This document shows, piece by piece, positions 1 through 23,035 of a DNA stretch of 64,000 nt. The notes beneath the pieces are model-generated. The model was not told where the DNA came from. It saw only the letters and a program-made list of their open reading frames with translations, and made no database searches. The stretch's first letter is position 1, and every line of letters begins with the position of its first letter. The stretch comes from the human T2T-CHM13v2.0 reference genome, Homo sapiens. The DNA is taken from NCBI RefSeq assembly GCF_009914755.1, contig NC_060925.1; one strand, given 5' to 3'. Both the position numbers and the translations under genes were made by a program.

Positions 1-248
1 TTCAGGGCTGGAGGGGTAGGGAGGGGACATCAAGATGCAGAGATCTCATTTGTCTTTTCATTCTGGCAGTTTGGCTCAGAATGACCAAATGTTCATAGAA
101 ATATGAACCCTGTAACCACGGCATTTAAAACTCCAAATATTTTAATCCTTGAACATATATGGGATGCATTGTGTTGGACTAACTTCAGATCTGGGTAACT
201 AAAGATTTCTCTAATTGGAAATAAATAGTAAAAGAAATTATATTTGAG

Positions 249-556
249 ACCAGGTGCGGTGGCTCACACCTGTAATCCCAGCACTTTGGGAGGCCAAAGT
301 GGGCAGATCACTTGAAGTCAGGAGTTTGAGACCAGCCTGGCCAACATGGTGAAACCCCATCTCTACTAAAAATACAAAAATTAGCAGGGCGTGGTGGCGG
401 GTGCCTGTAGTCCCAGCTACTCAGGAGGCTGAGGCAGGACAATCACTCGAACATGGGAGGCAGAGGTTGCAGTGAGCCGAGAATGTGCCTTCACTCCAGC
501 CTGGGCAACAGAGCAAGACTCTGTCTCAAAAAAAAAAAAAAAAGAAAAAAGAAAGA
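249..556 (+). mobile_element. Alu (S-type) with long TSD AAAGAAATTATATTTGAGA
   Basis: Dimeric Alu with a poly(A) tail and flanking direct repeat. It is representative of the dozens of Alus across the window. Confidence 0.95.
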
Positions 557-2283
557 AAGAAATTATATTTGAGAAAAATACAATCTGGTCTTTTTCCCTC
601 CAACCATCTAAAGTTCAATACTGTGATAGCCAAGTTCTTTCAGTTAGTTGCCTTTGCAGGTTCATGTTTATTCATCAGCTACACTTTCCAAAATCATATT
701 ATTTGTGGAGGATTCTGAGTAGTGAAAATTAGTAGCTTGATGTCTCATCTAAATGCCAAAAATATGCAGCAGAAATACAGTTAAAAATAACTTTAATTGA
801 ACAAATGTTTGAAATAACTCATCTTTTTTTTTTATATATTTCATGACACAATGAAAAGATATCATGGCCATTTCTGGAAAAGGAGATTTATCTGCCAAGA
901 GCCATATGTGCTGACCTTCAAATTCACAAGTGCTGAAACCGCTAATGACCAACAAAAGTGTTTCCTCTGAGTGGGATTCCATATCCCCCCAGACCCCTAC
1001 TGCTGTATTCTGTTTTTACCTTGCAGCAATAAAAAGTAGCTCATTCTTGGTTTTTATCTGGCAAAATATCACAATTTAATTAAATTATTTTGGTGTGAGT
1101 CCAAAACAGTCTCTCCACAGTGTCACGAAAGTTATAGGTTTTCTGATAGATGCCAAGACCATTAAGCCCACTTTATGATAATTATGCACCCATGTATCAT
1201 GCTCATCTATATTTTACAGTTCATTATTTAACAGTGCTTATCTCAAAGGTTAAAGTCTTTATAGGATCATTTGGCTGATTCTTAACTTGGCTAATTTACA
1301 AATAATCTCACAAATATCTTTTTGTCACTGATATTTGTCCACAAAGATCTGATTGAGAGTATGGAATCTTTACATTATAAATGCTTCACTGCTTTAACTA
1401 GATGCTCTTCCGAGTTTCCTTATGACAAATAATGACCACTCTGTCAAATAAATGCAATACACATTCATAATGTGGTGAACTGATTTTTTAAACCATTTTT
1501 CCTTCATTGTAAATTAGAAATCAATAATCTAAGTTGTATTTCCTGCTCATTAATGCACATTAATAAAAGCCATCATATAAAAAAAGAAAGCTGAAAACAT
1601 GGAAAAAATAACAAAAGATCTTTTTCATAATAAAACATTTTGGGTTACTAATGAAACTAATTAAAAGTACGAAAATTCTAAAAGATTCGTATAAATGCAA
1701 TAAATCATCCTAAAGATTGAAATGCATGTAATGTTTATAGGGCTGTTTCCTGGGCCGGGGAAACACACTAGGGATACACTAGCCAGATCGTTGGAATTCT
1801 AGCCAATGCCTCTTTCATTTCTTATAGAGAAACACAAGTCGATTTTTGATGCTTATTAAAAAAAAGTGATTCCTTGATTCATATCTTAACTGAAAATTAT
1901 AACTTATTAACAAAGGGTAAGAACATCAGAACTATCCATAATAATTGGTCTTGGTCTATCACACAAATATTTGTTCCCTTCCTACACAGGACTGTTTTCT
2001 GGGAGCAAAGAATCACTGTGGATTTAGCAAGGACCTTGGAAGCCCCCAGGATGCTTTACACTGGATTTCATTAGCTGCCCGGTATTCCTTTGAGGTCGGT
2101 AAGTAAACTGCTGCATTTCTGAGAACAGAATCGAATGGGTCATCCTGAATTACTTCAGTCTAGTACTGCAGTTTTCCCAACAAAGACATAGAGGCACAGC
2201 AGAAGGGTGAATCCATAGTTATCAAGCTGGTCTTGGTAGACCAGCCTGGGTGACACAGCAAGACAATGTTTCAAAAAAATTTA

Positions 2284-2604
<321 letters not shown>

Positions 2605-3443
2605 TCAGGAGACTGAGGCAGGAGAATCACTTGAACCTGGGAGGCAGAGGTAATGAGACAAGATTGAGCCACTGCACTCTAGCCTGGGTGACACAGCAAG
2701 ACAATGTTTCAAAAAATATTTTTTTAATTAAAAAATTAGCTGGGTGTAAGGGCACATGCCTATAGTCCCAGCTACTTGGGAGGCTGAGGTGGGAGGATCT
2801 GCCTGACCCTGGGAGGTCAAAGCTGCAGTGAGCTATGACTGTGCCACTAGCCTCCAGCCTCTGTGACAGAGCGAGACCCTGTCTAAACAAACAAACAAAA
2901 AAATGGAAGCCTATAATCTGGGATGCCAAGGCTGGCGGATCACTTGAGGTCAGGAGTTCAAGACCAGCCTGGCCAACATGCTGAAACCCCGTCTCTACTA
3001 AAAATACAAAAATTAGCTGGGCATGGTGGCACACCTGTAATCCCAGCTACTCTAGAGTCTGAGGGAGGAGAACTGCTTGAATCCAGGAGGTGGATGTTGC
3101 AGTGAGCTGAGGCTGCACTCCAGCCTGAGCAACAGAGCCAGATTCCATCTCAAAACAAAACAAAAAAACAACAAACAGTTAAATATAACAAAATCTCTAA
3201 ACATGGGTGAAATTTAGGTGACTGCTTACCTTTTCAGTCTTCCAACCACCAAAGGTTGGAATGGCCCTGGGCCCAGTCCTCAGCTTTCTTTTCTTTCTCT
3301 ACACTTGCAACTTGGATGCCAAATTCATACTCATGACTTTAACTAAAGCTATATACTGAAACTCCCAAGTATATATCTCTAGCCCTCTTCCTCAAACTCC
3401 AAATTCATGGACCTACATGCCTACATAAAATCTGATGGGCGTC

Positions 3444-3802
3444 TGATATGGTTTGACTGTGTACCCACCCAAATCTCATCTTGAATTGTAGCTCCCATAA
3501 TCCCCTATGTCGTGGGAGGGACCTGGTGGGAGGCAATTGATTCATGGGGTTGGGTTTTTCCTGTGCTGTTCTCGTGACAATGAATAAGTCTCACGAGATC
3601 TGGTTTTATAAAGGGGAGTTCCCCTGCACACGCCTTCTTGCCCGCCGCCATGTAACACATGCCTTTGCTCCTCCTTCACTTTCCGCCATGGTTGTGAGGC
3701 CTCCTCAGCCATGTGGAACTGTGAGCCCATTAAACCTCTTTTTTTAAATAAATAATCCAGTCTTGGGTATTTCTTGTAGCAGTGTGAGAACAGACTAATA
3801 CA
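3444..3802 (+). mobile_element. THE1 (MaLR) solo LTR
   Basis: TGATATGGTTTG...CAGACTAATACA termini; 5-bp TSD GCGTC/GCATC. Confidence 0.9.
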
Positions 3803-4162
3803 GCATCTTAAATTGATTAGGGCTAAAACCAAAGCCCAGCTTTCCTTCTCTCAAACCTGCTCCTTCCCTGGGTTTCTCCATCTTGGTGGATGGCAGCTCC
3901 CTCCTTCCAGTTGATGGAGTTGTTCCACAACTTCATCATCATTGTCGATCCCCCTCTTTTACACAGCCTGCATCCAACCCATCCACAAACCCCACCTTGA
4001 AAATAGGTCCAGACCCTGACTACTCCTGACCACCTTGGGGGCTACTGCCCTGGTTCAGATTGCTATGGTCTCTCACCCAGCTTACAGCACCCACTTCCTC
4101 ATCTGTCTTCCCACCCTCCCACTGGCTGTTCTCACCAGGGATAGCAATTGTTTTGCAACTTA

Positions 4163-4441
<279 letters not shown>

Positions 4442-4756
4442 TCAAAAACAAAAAAACAAAACACACACACACAAAAATGAGAAAACAACAACTGAGGTCA
4501 CATTTTGCCCTCCTCACTTCAGAGTCCTCCACTGGCTCCCATCTCATTCAGGGAAAACCCAGGGACGTCACCAGGGACCCACAGAGTCCTACGTGATGTG
4601 GTCCTGTATGTGTTTTCTCCAACCTCATTCCCCACTGATCTTGTCCTGACCCACTGTTCTCCAGCCTCATTGATCTCCTGGTGTTATTCACATAGACCTC
4701 GCCTGGATTGAGCACCCCAGGACGTTGGCATTACCAGCCTCTGCCTGAGGGCCCTG

Positions 4757-7153
<2,397 letters not shown>

Positions 7154-7429
7154 GAGGTCTCGCCCCAATGTCAGATGCTTCCTACTGCCACTCGGAGGGG
7201 GCTTGCGGGGAGGGCTCTGTGGCTCTGCTCCACGCCTTTCTCTCAGGTCACCACAGCCCCAACCGAGAGGACTCTCCCATAGTCTGGGCAGGGGCACAGG
7301 GTGATGCCCTCCTTCCCCATTCTCTTTCCAGTTCTCTCAGCGTCACGTAGACTCCGCTGCTTCCCTAGGCTTTCCCTGTTGAGTTGTGAGAAAAGCAGAT
7401 ATTGCTTCTTGACCCTTACATTCTATTAT

Positions 7430-7459
7430 TCTTTCTTTCTTTCTCTTTCTTTCTTTCCT

Positions 7460-7530
<71 letters not shown>

Positions 7531-7548
7531 CTCTCTCTCTCTCCCTCC

Positions 7549-7583
<35 letters not shown>

Positions 7584-7590
7584 CCTCTCT
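7430..7590 (+). repeat. (TTTC)n/(TC)n compound microsatellite in an Alu tail
   Basis: Read directly from the sequence. Confidence 0.95.
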
Positions 7591-9303
7591 TTTTTTTTTT
7601 TTGAGACAGAGTTTCCCTCTGTCACCCAGGCTGGAATGCAGTGACGTGGTCTCAGCTCACTTCAACCTCCATCTCCCAGGTTCAAGTGATTTTCCTGCTT
7701 CCACCTCCTGAGTAGCTGGGATTACAGGCACCTGCCACCACGCCTGGCTAAGTTTTGTATTTTTAGTAGAGACAGAGTTTCCCCATATTGGCCAGGCTGG
7801 TCTTGAACTCCTGGCCTCAAGTGATCCCCCCTACCTTGACCTCCCAAAGTGCTGGGATTACCCACTGCGCCTGGCCAACTTTGAGTATAAATATGGGTAG
7901 GAAACCGTGAGAAGCATAACAACAAAGACACCCTCCTGCAAATGTTCTCAGGAAGAAAAAGCAGTGGTTGGAGGGATCTGGGGCTTTATGCATAGCTTGA
8001 GGCAAACCAGCTCAGAGTCACGGGGAATCAGGAGCGATGGGTCATCTCCCCGCCTCCCTGGTCACTGGTGGAGACATGGCGGAGGAAGGCTACCCATAAA
8101 TAGGCCAGATAACAGCTGCACACAGGGAGTGTCCGGGAGCTCACCCAGGGCTGCAGGGGAAAGTGGCTTCCTCTCAAGCTGTGCTTAGGGCCAGCTGTGG
8201 ATGTTTCCTGAAATCAACATGCTACCTTGACCAGATGATACAAAAATATGTCCAGACCCCTTTGCTCAGGTCTACACAGCAAGAACACAGGGCCAGATGG
8301 CAGTGCCAGCTCCCATCTGCACTCAGCATCGACTGCTCTGAGGCCCCAGGGGGAGAACGTATGGCTCCAACACAAACAAAGACTGGCCAGGACCTCAGCC
8401 TGCTCCTGTCTGTGCCCTTGAACTGGTGCTGCTCCTCCTAGGAGCTCCACGTCCCCCTTCCCTTTGCTGAGAGCTCTGAAGGAGAGGTAAGGAAAGTGAA
8501 TCCCAAAAGGTTTACCTTTGCCAAAATAATTGTTTGCCAGGAACAGCCTCTGTTTCTAAGGGCCAAGGCAATTGAGTTCTTAATAAGTCACCTTGTAATC
8601 TACTCTAACGAAACCTCCAGATACAGTAGGAACCCCAGGACACCTCCAGCCTCTCCTGTTTTTACAAAGAAAGGAACCATTAAGACTGAACCAAGTTGTG
8701 TTTCCAGCTGAGGCTCAGAGAAGTTAAGTGACCTGGCCAAAGCCACACAGCCAGCGGTGGCAGGAATCAGTGCTCTGAGAGAGTGAGCATTGATGTTTTT
8801 GCTCATCATGCATTCACCCTTTCTCTAGTCACAGCGCCCCATTCTTCTGGTGGGAAACACCCCCCTCCCAGTCTCAGTCCATTCTGTTGGGCGAGGCTGA
8901 GCTATCTCCAGAATCTAAGGGTGACCATGTGACCCAGGCCTAATCAATCAGTGATTCCATCTCCCTTGGCGATAGTGATTGGTTCAAGGATACACATGTA
9001 ACCCATTTTGAGCCAATGAGAGTCAGGCTTAGGGTTTTTGCTGAAACAATTGAGAGAAAGAAGCTAGGGGTGCTGAGCTGAACCTACAGAGGTGCTGGGG
9101 CCACCAAGCGGAGAGATGGATTGAGGCTGAGTCCTGATGTCATCGTCTCAGTCTCTGGACCCAGCCGTGCCTGAAGCCACGTCCTTTTTGGTTTAAACTT
9201 CCTTGAATTGGTCACTGCTGTAGGTTCAGCAGATGAAAGATGCTGAACCAACTGGACCCCAAACCCACGCCCTCTTCCGACACTGCGCCGCCATCAGCCC
9301 AGA

Positions 9304-9375
9304 TCCACCAACCTGGCTCCCCCCGGGGAGCAGACGAGGTCCACCAACCCAGGTCCCCCCGGGGAGCAGACGAGC
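9304..9375 (+). repeat. 36-bp tandem duplication (2 copies)
   Basis: TCCACCAACC.....TCCCCCCGGGGAGCAGACGAG occurs at 9304 and 9340. Confidence 0.9.
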
Positions 9376-10101
9376 ACGTGGGCACGGCTTTGCTGTTGTT
9401 TTCGCCTTTGGATCAAACTAGCCCCAGGGACTTGGGAAGCATAGCAGAGCCCAGGAAGCTCTCTGCACCTTTCCCTCTGCGTCCTTCCCAGTCACCTGCT
9501 GTATCTTCCCTCCTTTCCAGGAAGGAGGCAATTAGAGACAAGTGAAATGTAAGCTTCCATCCACCATCTCAAAGGAGGCAGAAACATGGCTTGGAACCCA
9601 AACGTAACACTTCACAGGCTTTGTATCTGGCACACTTTTGTTATTCTTGTCATCCTAGGGATGTTTTCTTATGGTGTCCAGGAAAAAAAAAGAAAGAAAG
9701 AAAGCCCTTATGAAGAAAAGAGAACCAAAGTGGGGAGCCTGCTTATGCCAGCATCTACATAGATTTCCAGCATCACTGCTGGTTTGATAAATGCAGCTCC
9801 TCTGCCCCTGGCTCGTGTGTGACCATGTTTTTGGCAAGAGCTACATCCCAAGGTCTCAAGTGCTGTCTGACGACACATCACTGTGTATAGTTCCTGAGGG
9901 ACTTTGCTCTCCGAACCTCGTGTGACAATAACCCTGAGGAGCCCCAGTCCCCACCCTGCCATGTGAGTGGGACTTAGGTACAGGCAAGATTTAATAAGTA
10001 GGCTGTCACTGCTATTTTGCAGGGATCAGTTAGGACAAAGGACACCCAGGCAGGCCAGGGCATACTTTTTGGGGGACTCACACATTTGAGGTCAGCAGTG
10101 A

Positions 10102-10407
<306 letters not shown>

Positions 10408-10414
10408 TAGCTGA

Positions 10415-10576
<162 letters not shown>

Positions 10577-11815
10577 TAGCCTTCATTTTGTTGTTGTTGT
10601 TGTTTAGTTGAGACAGGGTTTCATCATGTTGGCCAGGCTGGTCTCAAACTCCTGACCTCAAATGAGCCTTGGCCTCCCAAAGTGCTAGGATTACAGATGT
10701 GAGCCACCGTGCCCGGCCCTAGGTCTCTATACTTCCAGGTCATTTGAATTGGGGTGACATTAGTGTGGAGACATCATCTCTGTTTATTGGTGAAGTAAGC
10801 TGAGAGTGGCCTTCTTTCAGGAGGAGGGGGCCACCGCCTACTGTGAGAGACCCCCAACACATAGCTTCCCCTTAGGGCAGAGTAGGATTGGTCAAGCCTT
10901 TGTTTTTTCAGCAATTGTCCCTGTTTCTACTCTGGAAGTCATATTTCTCTAGTATGAGGCATTATTTCTGCAGTGTCTAGGCCTTAGGAAGGTGTTGGCT
11001 AGAGACTTACAAGGGTCTTTTAACACTGCAGGCTCTTTATGCCAAATACTGCAGCCCATTTCCTATGGAGGTTGGCTGGCTGGCTGGCTGGCTTTGATGT
11101 TGGTGGATGAGATGAGGCCCAACATTCCATAAAAACAGGGAAAAAGTGTGACCAAGATGACCAAGAGGAGAGACCCAAGGATCTGATCACTCCCGACCCC
11201 GCCTCGGGCTGCCCTTCCCCAGACCAGGCACCCAGGGCCCCTGCCTTGTGTGGAGTCACTGATTCTCCCCGAATGGCCCTAGAGCACTCCCTCAAACAGG
11301 TGCTGTCACTTGGAATGACAGAAATCAGTGCAGGACACCTGTGGAAATTCTCCCCTGAAGTTGCAGCCTGACCACAGATGCCCTCCATATGAGCACTTGG
11401 CATAGAACCCACTGGTTCCCTTTAAAGCAGGTGCACGTGAACTTGGGTACTCACCCTGTGGCTGCCTCTGCCATGCTCATTTCCAAAGTGGTCCCCGGGG
11501 CTGGTCCCAGGAAGTATTGTTCCCGGCCCTGGTTTGCTGGTTTTTCTGGCTTGTGGCTGGCCATGCCACACACAGCTGCACCTGCTCTGCGGCTTTGCTT
11601 CCCAGTGAGGCGGAGGCAGGTACTAGGTCTCACTGCTGAAGATCAGAGTTCAGTGCTAGGGCAGCCAGAGAGGGAGGGGAGCTGTGGCCAAGCAGAGAGG
11701 CAGGGAGGCACAGCAGCTGCTCTTCCCACAGCTGTTTCCTCCTCTGTCCTTTCATCCACTGAAAGCCTGAACAAAAGACCTCAACACACAAGAAATGTGA
11801 GGGAAGGAGATGTTA

Positions 11816-12298
<483 letters not shown>

Positions 12299-12511
12299 TC
12301 ACCGAGCTTTGCCCAGAGCTCTGGGCTGGCTTCACTCTGGCTCTGAGTCCCTGTGAGCCACAGGGTACAGTCCACTTGCAACAGTAAACCTGCGCCAGCC
12401 AGCTGGGGCTGGAGAGAAGGAAGGGCTGGGATGGCAGCCAGCCCAGCCAGGCAGCGCGCAGAGCCAGCAGCTAGGGGAGGCCACGGAGGCCCAGGGTCTT
12501 GGGGCAGCCCC

Positions 12512-12531
12512 ACTGCGCCCCCTGGCGGCTG
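12512..12531 (-). promoter_or_regulatory. CTCF motif
   Basis: Minus strand reads CAGCCGCCAGGGGGCGCAGT, a near-perfect CTCF consensus, in a GC-rich unique patch. Confidence 0.65.
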
Positions 12532-12620
12532 AAGGAAGCTCCTGGGCGCGTCTGGACCTGGACCACCAGCTGACCTTCTGCACAGTTAAAGAGTAGCTGT
12601 GACCTGGCTTTCATATGCAG

Positions 12621-12623
12621 AAA

Positions 12624-12658
<35 letters not shown>

Positions 12659-12661
12659 ATA
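12621..12661 (+). repeat. (AAAT)10 microsatellite
   Basis: Read directly from the sequence. Confidence 0.95.
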
Positions 12662-13261
12662 GAGTAGCCAGGAGGAGTAGCCAGGATGAGGGCCCTGACC
12701 AGGGCTCCTTACATATTGTGTCTCACCGCACCCCTAGCAGGCGGATGCAGGGGCGCCCTGCTCTCATGGCAGGGAAAGCTGAGCTGCACCTGCAGAAGGT
12801 TGGGGGAAGGATTAACCCCCTCCAACCCCCCCGGTACAGAAGAGCTCCTCTCCAGCCCCGTGGCCCTCAGCCCTCAGGCATTGTATGTTCTGGCCAGGAG
12901 TCCTGGTTGTACACTGGCCGACCTAGAGCTTCAATTTTCCCAGTCCTAGCCTAGCCTGGTGTAAGCTCAGTGAAGGCAGCAGTTTTAACAGTGCTAACTG
13001 CACAGCGGCGCTCTTTCTTAATAATAACAAGAAGGACAGCTGGGGGTGGGTGTGTACTGGGAGTGGCCACGACCTCTGAGCACACTGTCTGAAAACACCA
13101 CATTTTCAACAGTGTTTTTGGTTGTTTCGCTTTTTTTTGAGACAGAGTCTCACTCTGTCACCCAGGCTGGAGTGCAATGGAGTGCAATGGTGCGATCTCT
13201 GCTCGCTGCAACCGCTGCTTCCCGGGTTCAGGTGATTCTCGTGCCTCAGACTCCTAAGTAG

Positions 13262-13483
<222 letters not shown>

Positions 13484-13504
13484 TAAAAGACGCTTTAAAA
13501 AAAA

Positions 13505-15815
<2,311 letters not shown>

Positions 15816-16811
15816 GGGGGCAATGCACCCGTAATCCCACCTACTCTGGAGGCTGAGGCCTGAGGATGCCTTTAGCCCAGGAATTCGAGGCTGCAGTGAG
15901 CTATGATTATCACTGCACTCCAGCCTGGGTGACAGAGTGAAACTCCATCTCAAAAAAAAAGACAGATCATGCCATCTCAAAAAGAAAAGAAAGAAAGAAA
16001 GAAAGAAAGAAAGAAAAAAAACTACAAAACTTCTCTCATTTCTTTCTTTTTTTTAATTTTCTTTTTTATTTTTGAGGCAGAGTCTCTGTCACCCAGGCTG
16101 GATTTCAGTGGTAAGCATAGCTCTCTGCAGCCTCGAACTCCTGGGCTCAAGGCATCCTCCAGCCTCAGCCTCCTAAAGTGTTGGGATTACAGGCGTGAGC
16201 CATCATGCCTGGCCTCCTCTTCATCCTGAGCACCAAAACGTCAGAACTCAGAGGTCTTGCCGGTAGGTTGCTGTGTGCCTTATGTGAGGGACATTAAAAC
16301 CACATGGTGTGGACCATGGGGCTTATTCATGCCTGGGGCACCTGCTGTGTACCAGGCACCTTTCTTCCTGCAGGATTCACTACAGTCAGCAAAATAAAGT
16401 CTAATGGAGCTTACAGTGTAATTAAGGAAGAAGAAATAAAAAGCAGATATATAACATTTCAGGTGATGTTAAGTACCTTGCAGAAAATAAAGCAGGGTAC
16501 GGGGTAGAGCATTGGCCAGGGAAGGGCTGGGGTGTATGTATGTGCATTTGGGGAGATGGTAGCCCCCCTTTGCCTTGAAAGTGTTTCTCAAAGCCTCAAA
16601 GCCCCAGCATGCTAATAGTCTGGAAACCCATTAACCAGCAGACACACTTAGACACTGCAGAGGTCAAGACCTCCCCAGCACTGTGGACAGAGCCACAGTC
16701 AAAGCCAAACAGCTCCAGGGTCTCCTTTTTAATAAGGTACCACTTCACGGCCGGGCGCAGTGGCTCACACCTGTAATCCCAGCACTTTGGGAGGCCGAGG
16801 CGGGCCGATCA

Positions 16812-17048
<237 letters not shown>

Positions 17049-17264
17049 TCAAAAAGAAAAAAAAAAAAAAAGGTACCACTTCATTCCTACTAGGATGGCC
17101 ATAATTGACACATGCAAAATAGCAAGTAATTAGAATGCGAGGAAACTGGAACCCGCTATTTTACTCGTGGGAATGGAAAACGGTGCAGCCGCTGCGGAAA
17201 GCAGGTTGGTGGTTCCTCAAAGTGTTAAACATAGAATCCCCACAAGACCCAACAATTCTACTCA

Positions 17265-17420
<156 letters not shown>

Positions 17421-19133
17421 TTAAAAAATTAGCCAGGTGATCGCGCCACTGAACTCTAGCCTGGGCGACAGGGCGAGACTCCATCTCAAAAAGAAAGAAA
17501 AAAGTTAAAATGATAAATCTTGTTTTCTTTATTTTACAACAATTAAGAAAAAAGGACATTGTCTTGCACAGTAACCTTTCCATAACAGCATCAGGAACCT
17601 GGCGGAAGGCTGAGACGGTGGCGGAGCTGTGGTCCTTCCTTAAAAAGGTGCAGTCATGGTGGCAGTGGGGTGGCCAAGAGACAGCCTGGAGGTAACTGTC
17701 TTCAGTTAGCGCCAGTCTCAGAAGTGGTGGCTGTGCACAAGTGACGATGGAGGGTTTTTAATTGCTCCTGAATTAATGTGCTTACTTCTCACCCCTGGGG
17801 CGCCTGGGTTTAATTACTGTCTTAGGTCACATATGCAAATGAGTCTGCTATCACTCCTGGTCCCAGTGGACAGCAGCCCGGATTACCCAGCCCTTGCACA
17901 TTGCAGCAAGACCAGCGGGAAGAAGCTGCAGTGCCCCTGGCCAGGATGGCCTGTTAGAGCTGAATCCGATGAAGGTGATGTGATGCCTGCCCCCTGTGCC
18001 GGGTCTAGATGAACTGAAGAGTTCAAGGTTGCCAGGGGAGTCCTTGATCCTTAAAGCACTGGGAGACCAGCTGTCAATGGTGGAGAAACCCCGGAAGCCC
18101 TGAATTCATGAGTACCTGGGCATGGAGGAGTTTCACACAAAAGGAAAGAACTGGGAAGCCAGCAACCTGCAGAAGAGGCCATGGACAAGGGGTGCAGACC
18201 CAAAAACCTTGGGGGCTGGGCAGGCAGGGAAGAGAAGCAGGCAGGAGGGACCTCAGCTGCCTAACGGGGTGGCCAACTGCTGCCTTCTGGGAATGCAGTG
18301 TTGTCCATTTTCCAATCCCTCAGAATCCAGAAACTAGGGCCAGGCACGGTGGCTTATGCCTGTAATCTCTGTACTTTGGGAGGCAGGAGGATTGCGTAAA
18401 CCCAGGAGTTGGAGACCAGCCTGGGTAATACAGCAAGACCTTGTCTCTAAAAAAAAAAGTTTTAAAATTAGCCAGGCATCGGCTGGGCAAGATGGCTCAT
18501 GCCTGTAATCCCAGCACTTTGGGAGGCCGAGGCGGGCGGATCACGAGGTCAGGAGTTTGAGACAAGCCTGGCCAACATGGCGAAACCCTGTCTCTACTAA
18601 AAATACAAAAATTAGCCGGGTATGATGGCAGGCACCTGTAATCCCAGGTACTCAGGAGGCTGAGGCAGGAGAATCACTTCAACCTGGGAGGTGGAGGTTG
18701 CAGTGAGTCAAGATCGTGCCATTGCACTCCAGCCTGGGTGACATGAGCAAGACTCTTGTCTCAAAAAAATAAAACAAAATAAAATAAAATAAGCCAGGCA
18801 TGGTGGCATGTGCCTGTAGTCACAGCTACTCAAAAGACTGAGGTGGGAGGATCGCTTGAGCCCAGGAGGCGGAAGATGCAGTGAGTCCTGATCACACCAA
18901 TGCACTCAGTCTGGCTGACACAGTAAAAAAAAAAAAAAACCCCAGAAATTGACGATTTTACATGAAGTCAGTTTTTTTAGATATTGGCAATTAATTAAAA
19001 TAAAACACACACACAGAGTAGGCTGCCTGGGGAAGGGATGGGGCGGGGATTGAGTGGCAAGGGACCCAAGGAACTTTTGGAAGTGCTGGAAATATTCCCG
19101 TTACCCAGGTGTATTTGTTAAAATATGTCACAC

Positions 19134-19845
<712 letters not shown>

Positions 19846-21073
19846 CACACCATACGCTCCAAATGGACATCTGTTATTGAATGTCAATGATACCTCAATA
19901 AAGTTAGCTAAATAGAAAAGGGAATTGGGAATGGGAAACTCACAGAAGCCCAAGGAGAAGTGTTGGGACCTAGAATCAATTTACATTTTTTTTTTTGAGT
20001 AAGGGTCTCACTGTATCGCCCGGGCTGGAGTGCAGTGGCACAATCTCGGCTCACTGCAACCTCCACTTCCCAGGTTCGAGTAATTCTCGTGCCTCAGCCT
20101 CCTAAGTAGCTGGGATTACAGGTGCACACCACCACGCCCATCTAATTTTTATATTTTTAGTAAAGACGGGGTTTCGCCATGTTGGCCAGGCTGGTCTGGA
20201 ATTCCTGGCCTCAAGTGATCCACCCACCTCAGCCTCCCAAAGTGCTGGGATTACAGGCCTAAACACCTTCCTCCCCTTTCCCTATGTCCTGCACCTCTTC
20301 TTACCTAAGTGTATCGGCACCTGATTGTCCAGCTGAATCATTTTATTCCGCGTGGGAGCCCGAGTTGGTGTGATCGTTTATAGTACTATGTGTGCTCACC
20401 CTTGAGTGGTTGTACTATTGTGTTATTAGCCCCCTTTTATGGATGGAGGAACTGACACACAGTTGTTGGGGGAAAAGCCAGAATCCAGAGTCACACAGCC
20501 TGGCTCTGTGTTCTCCGACACTGCTGCCTGCACTGCGGCTGCTATCGGGGAGCAGGTGCTGGGAACCTGCTGCTTAGGGGACAGCTAGTGTGGCTGCATC
20601 TACAGGCCCTAGTATGTAACACATTGCTAAGAAGCAGGCTCCTAGCACAGCCCCGTGGACTGTGTTGGTGGCATTCAGAGGCCACCTTCCTGCCTCGGCT
20701 GCATTCACTAAAATGAAAATTACCAGGACTTTGTGCTTTTCAGGGAAAGCCTGGCTGCCTCCCACTGTGTCCTTGAAAGCTTGGCGTTCCAGCCCTGCCT
20801 GGTTATCACCACCTATGAAATCCATTTACTTGTTACACCAGCGGTTCTCAAGTCTGGCTGCACACTGGAGTCAGCTTTAAAAAATACTGAAGCTTTGGGT
20901 TCCACCCTGAGGTTCTGAATTAATTGACCTGGGGTGAGTCCTGATATAGAAGCTTCAGAAGCCTCCCAGGTGATTCTAATGTGGCCAAGTTTCGGAATCA
21001 TTGCTTTAAACTTTCAACTTACCTTTTTTTTTGAAGACAGAGTCTCGGTTTGCTGCTCAGGCTGCAGTGATCA

Positions 21074-21514
<441 letters not shown>

Positions 21515-21849
21515 CTAACCCCAGACCTATCTTAAATGTTTCACTGAGGATGGCTTTCTCGAAACTTATTCATGTTGCCTGTCCTGCTTCAGACAGGCTC
21601 CCCAGGAAAGGACCCAGAGGTCTGCACTTCTGCTGGGCTCACATCTGCCAGTCAATGTCAGGAATGTGCTTTGTTTCTGCTGGGTCAGGAAGTTTAGTCA
21701 CAGTTGGCTTTCCTTATTTGGGGCCTCTGTGTCTCCAGGGTCAATGTGGTAAACCGCTCAGTCCAGCCTGCAATGGAAATGGCTCCAACCCCAGCCCAGC
21801 AGCTTCCTTTCAGGGTGGTGTGGACTGGAAGGGATCCTATCTACCTGTG

Positions 21850-23035
<1,186 letters not shown>

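Noticed and set aside
7301-7711. FLSF-repeat and KERK-repeat ORFs
   Set aside because: Translation of the (TTTC)n microsatellite.
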